Part shown: positions 49,317-55,044 of the stretch, piece after piece
Layout: every line of letters starts with the position of its first letter
How positions within the stretch are numbered: the stretch's first letter is position 1
Notes under the pieces: model-generated
What the model was told of the DNA's origin: nothing
What the model saw: only the letters and a program-made list of their open reading frames with translations
Database searches by the model: none
DNA from: an uncultured Methanosarcinales archaeon
Lineage (GTDB): Archaea; Nanobdellota; Nanobdellia; Woesearchaeales; JAGWAF01
Direction of reading: 5' to 3'
Length of the DNA: 55,044 nucleotides
NCBI GenBank assembly: GCA_964359785.1
Contig: CAYHWL010000002.1
Location: forward strand, 1 to 55,044
Position numbers and translations under genes: made by a program

Positions 49317-49478
49317 TTGGATGGTACAGGTTTAGAGCAAGTAACTTACGATGGTGTTTTTGATGCTTTTCCTATGTTTAGTAGTGATGGTAAAAAGTTA
49401 GTTTTTAGCAGCAACCGAAACAATGGTGGTAACCACGATACCAACTTGTTTATTGCCGATTGGGTAGATTGATTTTTT
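49317..49478 (+). pseudogene. Orphan right copy of the PD40 gene 3' end (51 codons + stop + 6 nt) with no start codon
   Basis: Encodes LDGTGLEQVTYDGVFDAFPMFSSDGKKLVFSSNRNNGGNHDTNLFIADWVD*. An in-frame TGA lies immediately upstream (49314-49316). Confidence 0.85.
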
Positions 49479-49597
49479 AACCCATCCATTTTTCTCTTTT
49501 GTTTCTTATCCTCAATGTTGCTTGATAGATAATACCGATTATACATTCAATATAGTCCACTTTCTGTGTACTATTTTCATGTTATATCGGCATTAAC

Positions 49598-49645
49598 CAT
49601 TGTAAAATTATAAAACAGTTTGAACTGTTTTATAATTACAATTGG
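49598..49645. repeat. Long AT-rich near-perfect palindrome (arms of about 20 bp)
   Basis: ccattgtaaaattataaaacagtt-tg-aactgttttataattacaattgg. The inner 14 bp of each arm pair perfectly, with one indel further out. Confidence 0.8.
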
Positions 49646-49723
49646 TATAATTTGCTAAACATGAGCACAAAGAGTTTACAAAACATAAAAAGCCCATTTA
49701 ACGATTTATGGTATATTTTTTTC

Positions 49724-49731
49724 TATTTTTG
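49724..49731 (+). promoter_or_regulatory. Bacteroidetes-type -7 box TAttTTTG, within a 13-mer TTTGAAATAAATA shared with 50597-50609
   Basis: Matches the TAnnTTTG consensus of Bacteroidetes sigma-A promoters. It lies 115 nt upstream of ATG 49846. Confidence 0.45.
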
Positions 49732-49755
49732 AAATAAATATACCTTGATAGTTTT

Positions 49756-49791
49756 CAGGCTAATCCACCCAAAATCAGATAGATTAGCCTG
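49756..49791 (+). promoter_or_regulatory. 10-bp inverted repeat (CAGGCTAATC-N16-GATTAGCCTG) in the putative 5' leader of the 49846 gene
   Basis: Read directly. It is flanked by the direct repeat AAAATCAG (49771 and 49794). Confidence 0.5.
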
Positions 49792-49845
49792 ACAAAATCA
49801 GGGGTATAAATAAGTTATGCGGCATGTTAAGACAACAGACAAACA

Positions 49846-50382
49846 ATGGGACTATTTGACAAAATAAAAACTAAGACTGACGAGTACGCAAGAGTAATCG
49901 AATGGACACCACAATGGGACACTGGAGCACCAATGCCTCAAGTGTTTTCTAACGGACACAAGACTTTTTTAATCTATTTAATCAATGAGCCTGACCCGAA
50001 CTGGGACGGAACTTATGTGAATATGATTGACAATACAAGCGAAACAACATATCCATTAGCTCTGGTTGAATTTAGCGGACACACTTTTCGTTTTGGAATA
50101 GCAAATGACGAAGTGTTTAGTGGACTTCCTCTTTGGGACAAAGGACTTGAAGGTTATACAGCACACATCATCGAGAACTCGACTTGGATAACTGAATTAA
50201 AAAATATTAACAAAGTTCATCCATATTACAACGAGGACAGGTGGAAGGAAAAAAAACACTTCACGCTATTGTTTCATGACGAAATATTTGAAGTGATTGC
50301 AACAGACTATAAAATTGAAACATTCAAAACGACCTTTGGACAATTGGCGACAGAAGTAGTGAAACGAATGAATGGAAAATAA
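49846..50382 (+). CDS. Orphan 178-aa cytoplasmic protein, function not recognised
   Basis: Clean ORF with no signal peptide. It is visibly richer in G+C than the surrounding genome. It lies in the island between the AbiE remnant and the PHP-ATPase gene. Confidence 0.7.
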   Translation: MGLFDKIKTKTDEYARVIEWTPQWDTGAPMPQVFSNGHKTFLIYLINEPDPNWDGTYVNMIDNTSETTYPLALVEFSGHTFRFGIANDEVFSGLPLWDKGLEGYTAHIIENSTWITELKNINKVHPYYNEDRWKEKKHFTLLFHDEIFEVIATDYKIETFKTTFGQLATEVVKRMNGK

Positions 50383-50547
50383 GCACGACTGCATAACACG
50401 GGTTTTGCGTTAGTGGGCGGACAGTGCGAATAGAAACAATTGAGCAATTGTCTCGTCCTAAAATAAGTTTACACAAAACAACCGACCCGAAGTAGTACCA
50501 AGGGTAAATTTATATTCATGTAAGTACGAAAAGTTTACAACAAATAA

Positions 50548-50565
50548 ATCCGTCAGCTGACGGAT
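50548..50565. promoter_or_regulatory. Perfect 18-bp palindrome ATCCGTCAGCTGACGGAT just upstream of the promoter-like box of the PHP-ATPase gene
   Basis: Read directly. Its centre lies about 40 nt upstream of the -7 box at 50593-50600. Confidence 0.5.
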
Positions 50566-50592
50566 GATGATTTGTAGTAACTGTTTTTTAGT

Positions 50593-50600
50593 TATATTTG
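50593..50600 (+). promoter_or_regulatory. Bacteroidetes-type -7 box TAtaTTTG
   Basis: Matches TAnnTTTG. It lies 80 nt upstream of ATG 50680 and is followed by the same TTTGAAATAAATA 13-mer seen at 49728-49740. Confidence 0.45.
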
Positions 50601-50679
50601 AAATAAATAACACTAAAAGGTGTACATATAAACAAGTTAATCGGCAATATTGTAGGACGACACAACAAAGAAAAGTAGA

Positions 50680-52824
50680 ATGAAAATAGACATTCATACA
50701 CATACGAAAAAGATAAAACAGGGCGACTCCGAAAATCGCAATATTGACGTTGACAGATTTGCCGAAATCATCAAAGAAACTGATGTAAAAATTTTAGCAA
50801 TTACGAATCACAATCATTTTGACTACAAACAATACAAAGACTTCAAAGAAAGTGTTGACGGAGTTTGCCAAATTTGGCCAGGTGTAGAATTTAATATACT
50901 TGAAGAGGAACGTAGAGCACATTTAATTACAATAGTGAATCCTAAAAATGCAGCCGCTTTTGGCAAAAAAGTAAATGAGGTTATTGGCTCTACTTCCGCA
51001 GACACTTTTACAATTAGTATTGATGATGTTGTGAATAAGTTTGCAGGGTTTGACACAATTTTCATTGTCCACTATCAATCAAAAAAGCCCAATTTAATTG
51101 ACCAAGACATTGATAAACTTTTGAAAAAGGTTTCTAACTCAAAAAGAGTTTTAAAGGAAGCTTCTAATTCTATTTCGGCAGGCATCTATATCAATCACGG
51201 ACACAACTCTATCCACGGTTCTGACGTTCAAAATTGGAGCGACTATGTAAGTAATTTCAAAAATTTACCTGAATTAAGATTGCCAGTTGAAAGCTTTGAG
51301 CAGTTTTGTTTGTTGTTAGACAAAGACGACACAACAATCAATACCATTCTTGACAAAAAAACTAAAGAAACAATTCAGATAAATCCGTTCAATAGTGCGG
51401 CAGAAATAATGGACATTGATATATACAATGACATAAATATCCTATTTGGCTCAAAGGGAACAGGAAAAACAGACATTTTAAAGGCACTTTCAAAACATTA
51501 CAATGGCAAAGGTTTCAAAACAAAAGTCTATGAATCCAATTCTAAAAAGATAGATGATGTTTTTGACCTTAAAGGCTCACAACTAAAAATTGATATTGAA
51601 CAATTGGGTATTGACAGTTGCTCCACCGAACTGACTTCTCTAAGAAATGCGACAGAAAAAGAAGTAACGAGTTTGTCAAAATATTTGCTTTACTATTCTG
51701 CTGATGCTACAAATAAAATATCCAAATACATCAAGGTTGACAAATTCACGCCTCTTGATGAGAAATCACCTAAAAGAAGTTTTGAAGACATAAAGAATAA
51801 TTTGAAAATATTTCAGGAGTTCAAAGAATATTATGCCGTTGATGCAAAACTAAAAGAGATTATTGGAGAAGAACTTTTAACCGAATTAGACAGTGTTGTA
51901 AATAAAATTTTAGACAAGATAAATACAGAATCTGGAAAACGATTTACGAACTTCAAAAGCATTAGTTTCTTTAATAAATTAGTGAAACTATTTGTTAAAG
52001 AAATTTCAAAAAAAACAGGACAACCCGAAAAGCCTACAAAAACTGGTTTTTCAGAATATGCAACCAATAGGATTGGCATTGAAAAAGATGTCAAGAAAAT
52101 TCTTGAAAATATCTCTAAAAAAATTGCACCAGTTATTGAAGAGGCTGGCAATTTAGGTGACAAAGGAAAACTGTATTGTCAAATAAATTTACTTCTACAA
52201 AACGGAAAGGTTTCGGACGTTAATTACAAGCACATTAACAGCACCACAAAAATTCCGCAAAAGTCGGTAGCTGCTAAAATAGAATTGATTTCAAAACACA
52301 TTTACACCAATACACTGTTTGAAAAAATTGATGATCTTAAAAAAGTTGAAAGTTCAGATACCGTTTCATCAATTAATGATTTATTGCTTTTTTATAAACA
52401 CTTTACTTTAGATAGTGAGTTTTATACCCCCTCAAATGGCGAATCTTCAATGGTTCTCTTGCACAATGAACTAATGAAAGACGAAGAAATTTATCTCATT
52501 GACGAACCCGAAAAAAGTTTAGGAAATGACTACATAAGCGAAGTAATTGTTCCCTTGATAAAAGAAAAAGCCAAAAGCGGCAAAAGAGTAATTATTGCAA
52601 CACACGATGCAAATATTGCGGTTAGAACATTGCCTTACAATTCCATTTATCGTGAACACGACATAAATGGTTATTACACATATTCAGGCAATCCATTTTC
52701 TAACAACTTAATTTGTAGTTCAGGTAAAAAACCAAATTTGGATTGGAAGCTAATTAGTATGAAAACTTTAGAAGGCGGCAAAGACGCCTTCGGTGAAAGA
52801 GGAAAAATATATGGCAACACATAA
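50680..52824 (+). CDS. PHP-domain phosphoesterase fused to an ABC/SMC-type (AAA_21/23-like) ATPase; candidate defence effector
   Basis: N-terminal PHP motifs MKIDIHTHT, AITNHNHF, WPGVEF and FIVHY. C-terminal half has Walker A LFGSKGTGKTDILKAL, a signature-like PSNGESSM, Walker B EIYLIDEPEKSLG and H-loop IIATHDANI. Confidence 0.8.
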   Translation: MKIDIHTHTKKIKQGDSENRNIDVDRFAEIIKETDVKILAITNHNHFDYKQYKDFKESVDGVCQIWPGVEFNILEEERRAHLITIVNPKNAAAFGKKVNEVIGSTSADTFTISIDDVVNKFAGFDTIFIVHYQSKKPNLIDQDIDKLLKKVSNSKRVLKEASNSISAGIYINHGHNSIHGSDVQNWSDYVSNFKNLPELRLPVESFEQFCLLLDKDDTTINTILDKKTKETIQINPFNSAAEIMDIDIYNDINILFGSKGTGKTDILKALSKHYNGKGFKTKVYESNSKKIDDVFDLKGSQLKIDIEQLGIDSCSTELTSLRNATEKEVTSLSKYLLYYSADATNKISKYIKVDKFTPLDEKSPKRSFEDIKNNLKIFQEFKEYYAVDAKLKEIIGEELLTELDSVVNKILDKINTESGKRFTNFKSISFFNKLVKLFVKEISKKTGQPEKPTKTGFSEYATNRIGIEKDVKKILENISKKIAPVIEEAGNLGDKGKLYCQINLLLQNGKVSDVNYKHINSTTKIPQKSVAAKIELISKHIYTNTLFEKIDDLKKVESSDTVSSINDLLLFYKHFTLDSEFYTPSNGESSMVLLHNELMKDEEIYLIDEPEKSLGNDYISEVIVPLIKEKAKSGKRVIIATHDANIAVRTLPYNSIYREHDINGYYTYSGNPFSNNLICSSGKKPNLDWKLISMKTLEGGKDAFGERGKIYGNT

Positions 52825-53107
52825 AGCAACAATTGAGAGAAAAGAAAAAAGTGCAACTTTAAAACTTGCAATTGACAAAACCGTGTTAGACATTGTTCTG
52901 ACCGAAGACAAACCGAATGATGTAAAGTCGGTATTTAATAAACTTTTGGAATTACTCAAAAGTGGAGTATTTGACTTTACTTTATCTGACGAAAAGGAAG
53001 ACTTGTATCATCACATTTGTAAAGAATACATTACTCAATTGAACGCAGAACTTAAAAGCACATTTCAAGAATTAAAGGACAACGGACTATTAAAAACGAA
53101 AAAATAA
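52811..53107 (+). CDS. 98-aa helical acidic/basic protein, translationally coupled to the PHP-ATPase gene
   Basis: ATG 52811 lies inside the last 14 nt of the upstream gene (ATGGCAACACATAA). The protein begins MATHKATIERKEKSATLKLAIDKTVLDIVLTEDKPNDV... and matches no motif I recognise. The track ORF starts earlier, at 52793. Confidence 0.6.
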   Translation: MATHKATIERKEKSATLKLAIDKTVLDIVLTEDKPNDVKSVFNKLLELLKSGVFDFTLSDEKEDLYHHICKEYITQLNAELKSTFQELKDNGLLKTKK

Positions 53108-53433
53108 ATACTGCTGCTAACACAGGTAACTGTTGCACAACTTCCAAAAAAGGTACTATTTTAGTAAAAATGGCTTTATTTTAGCTGTTTTAAGAGCGGC
53201 TAAATTTCGATTAACAAAAATTTACTTCAAAATTTAATTAGCACCTCAAAAACTGAGAAGGGAGAAAAGCAGAGATATTTTGCTCTTTTTTACCATCCTT
53301 ACAGAATAAACTACCAATAGATAATTTTATTTTTCTACAATTTTTGTTATTTCTATTTTTACTTAGAAAAAAAAGATTAATATTGATTTCATCTTAAATA
53401 TTTATACATTACAAAAAAATAAACTAAAAGACT

Positions 53434-54309
53434 ATGAAAACCATATTACTAACATGTTTAACTATTATATTTTTCACCATTAATACCCATTCACAAGGTA
53501 TTCCTGATAATGCTGAGAAAACAATTAATTTTTCTACTAGTCCCAATCCACCAGTTGTTAGTAAAGCAGAAACCATTACTTTTAAAGATGGTGACGCAAT
53601 TTATTCGACAACAAATTTTGGTGGACCAATCGTTACACAATTCAATTATCTTTATCCAACTCTAGTTATCTGGTTAGATGAAGAATTGGTAACTATACTT
53701 CCAATAGAGGAGCTACAAACTTCTCAGGAAACTAAACTTAATATTGGTATTTTTCCAAATCCTGCAACTTATGACGGGGTAAGTATATCATTGGGAATAT
53801 TGGAAGCTGTATTAGCTAAAATAACACCAGGTAACCATAAACTAATTGTAGGTTGGACAGCAAGTGGAGCTTTTACAAAAGCAGATTTAGGATGGTATGG
53901 AGAAATTAATTTAAATGCTGGTGATGCCTCTAAGTGGAAAGCAACTGTAAAAAAATTAAATGGAGCCAACGTTGCTAAAGTTGAACTACCTGAAGCTGTT
54001 GAATCTGACCCAGCATTAGAAGCAAAAATGGTAGCATTTACAAATAAATATGCTCTTGCTAACGGTTGGAAAGAAAAATTTAGTAAGGCTGTGATTACAA
54101 CTGATTGGCAAACAATTAGAAATGAATTAACAGGTGCAATATTAGGTAGAACAAGAGATGCTGCAATGTGTGCAACATGGCCAGATGGACATTGTACCTT
54201 TCAAACAATAGGATTTCAACAAGACTATGATGGGTCAAATTATTCTCCTTCCTTAATTTGGGGTGGAGTTGGCGATCAAAGTGAAATAGAATGTGAAAAA
54301 ATTAAATAA
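53434..54309 (+). CDS. Secreted protein, unknown function
   Basis: Signal MKTILLTCLTIIFFTINTHSQ. 291 aa with Cys residues near the C-terminus (MCATWPDGHCTF...IECEK). Confidence 0.7.
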   Translation: MKTILLTCLTIIFFTINTHSQGIPDNAEKTINFSTSPNPPVVSKAETITFKDGDAIYSTTNFGGPIVTQFNYLYPTLVIWLDEELVTILPIEELQTSQETKLNIGIFPNPATYDGVSISLGILEAVLAKITPGNHKLIVGWTASGAFTKADLGWYGEINLNAGDASKWKATVKKLNGANVAKVELPEAVESDPALEAKMVAFTNKYALANGWKEKFSKAVITTDWQTIRNELTGAILGRTRDAAMCATWPDGHCTFQTIGFQQDYDGSNYSPSLIWGGVGDQSEIECEKIK

Positions 54310-54339
54310 AACAATAATAACATAAATTAAATTTAAAAT

Positions 54340-54837
54340 ATGAAAACACTTATTAAAAATGTAGGAACACTAGCAAAATTATTATTTGTAGTTTTATTAA
54401 TTACAGGAATCTCTGCTGATTCTTTTGCACAAAAAGCAAAAAAAGAAAAGAAAAAGAAAAAAGAAAAAACTGAAAAATCTGCGAAAGCTTTAGAGAGACC
54501 GGCTTCAGTTGGACATGCTGCAACTGATGAGTTTGTTACCTCTTCTTTTAATTTGTATGAAAAAAATCAAGAAATTTCTAAAAAACTTTCAAATGCAGCT
54601 GGAAATGTAGCAGAAATGGGAACTTTAAAAAGTGATTTAGAAGGTCAAATGAAAGAAATAACTGGTTTATTAGGAAAATCTGCTGAGGTAATGAAATCTG
54701 CAAAAGAAATTACACCAGCTACTAATTCAATGAAAGCTGTGAAAGCATTGAATGCTGGAACAAAAGCTTTAAATGCAACAAAAGAGGCTATTCCTGGTCA
54801 GTTAGAAGCAATTAAAACTCAGGGAGCAAAAAAGTAA
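54340..54837 (+). CDS. Secreted Lys/Ala-rich helical protein, unknown function
   Basis: Signal ...LLFVVLLITGISADSFAQ, then a KKEKKKKKEK tract and helical repeats. Confidence 0.65.
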   Translation: MKTLIKNVGTLAKLLFVVLLITGISADSFAQKAKKEKKKKKEKTEKSAKALERPASVGHAATDEFVTSSFNLYEKNQEISKKLSNAAGNVAEMGTLKSDLEGQMKEITGLLGKSAEVMKSAKEITPATNSMKAVKALNAGTKALNATKEAIPGQLEAIKTQGAKK

Positions 54838-55044
54838 AAGAAGTAAGTTAATTAAATAGAGGGTTAACCTTAAGCTAACTCTTTATTTGTAAAAAACATA
54901 TTTAGTTCAAAGTAAGGGCTGTTTCATTAGAGGCAGTCTTTTTTTATTTGATGACTTTACTATTAAATTTATTTGATTATATTAGTAACTTGAACCAGTA
55001 ATAACCAAATTTGTTTTAATTTATTAATGTGAAGGTATGCCATT

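Noticed and set aside
49346-49546. Track ORF (66 aa, minus strand) across the right repeat copy
   Set aside because: It is antisense to the orphan PD40 3' fragment. Its reading frame is a by-product of that former coding sequence.
50458-50703. Track ORF (81 aa, minus strand, Cys/Leu-rich) in the leader of the PHP-ATPase gene
   Set aside because: It overlaps the promoter-like box, the palindromes and the start of the PHP-ATPase gene. Its composition is atypical and it has no recognisable motif.
54438-54470. Homopurine A/G tract (aaaaaagaaaagaaaaagaaaaaagaaaaaa), considered as a slippage or phase-variation site
   Set aside because: It encodes an in-frame KKEKKKKKEK tract and is interrupted by G residues, so it is not a pure homopolymer. 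There is no evidence of frame switching.

Overview
AT-rich segment (roughly 30% GC by eye, not computed). It looks like a Bacteroidota/Flavobacteriia chromosome: TAnnTTTG-type -7 boxes, many lipoprotein, TPR and PD40 secreted proteins, and short-form hmgA and ssb. I support about 47 protein-coding genes. Most are housekeeping: clpS, prmA, pntAB, ssb, prfC, an LpxL-like acyltransferase, a thiolase, hppD-hmgA, queD, ybaB, and peptidases. I recognised no rRNA, tRNA, CRISPR array, transposase or integrase. The accessory part lies at about 47.1-53.1 kb. (1) The last 162 bp of a PD40/TolB-like gene occur twice as diverged direct copies (47100-47261 and 49317-49478). They bracket a 2-kb decayed defence remnant: an intact AbiEi antitoxin with an operator-like inverted repeat, an AbiEii toxin killed by one in-frame TGA inside its catalytic motif, and the first ~40-50 codons of a type I hsdR fused by an ATGA overlap. 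(2) Just to the right sit an orphan 178-aa gene and a two-gene module. The module is a 714-aa PHP-phosphoesterase/ABC-type ATPase fusion plus a 98-aa ORF that starts inside its last 14 nt. It has its own promoter-like box and palindromes. This module is my best candidate for an uncharacterised or poorly characterised defence system. Other points of interest: a 2079-aa TPR-PD40-coiled-coil-SPOR protein with internal tandem repeats, co-transcribed with clpS; a four-gene cluster of paralogous lipoproteins with a (TA)n tract in a promoter region; a secreted TPR-caspase gene paired with a Y_Y_Y/PP2C sensor phosphatase; and two families of short GC-rich intergenic repeats. Every functional call rests on motif recognition by eye. 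No database search was run.
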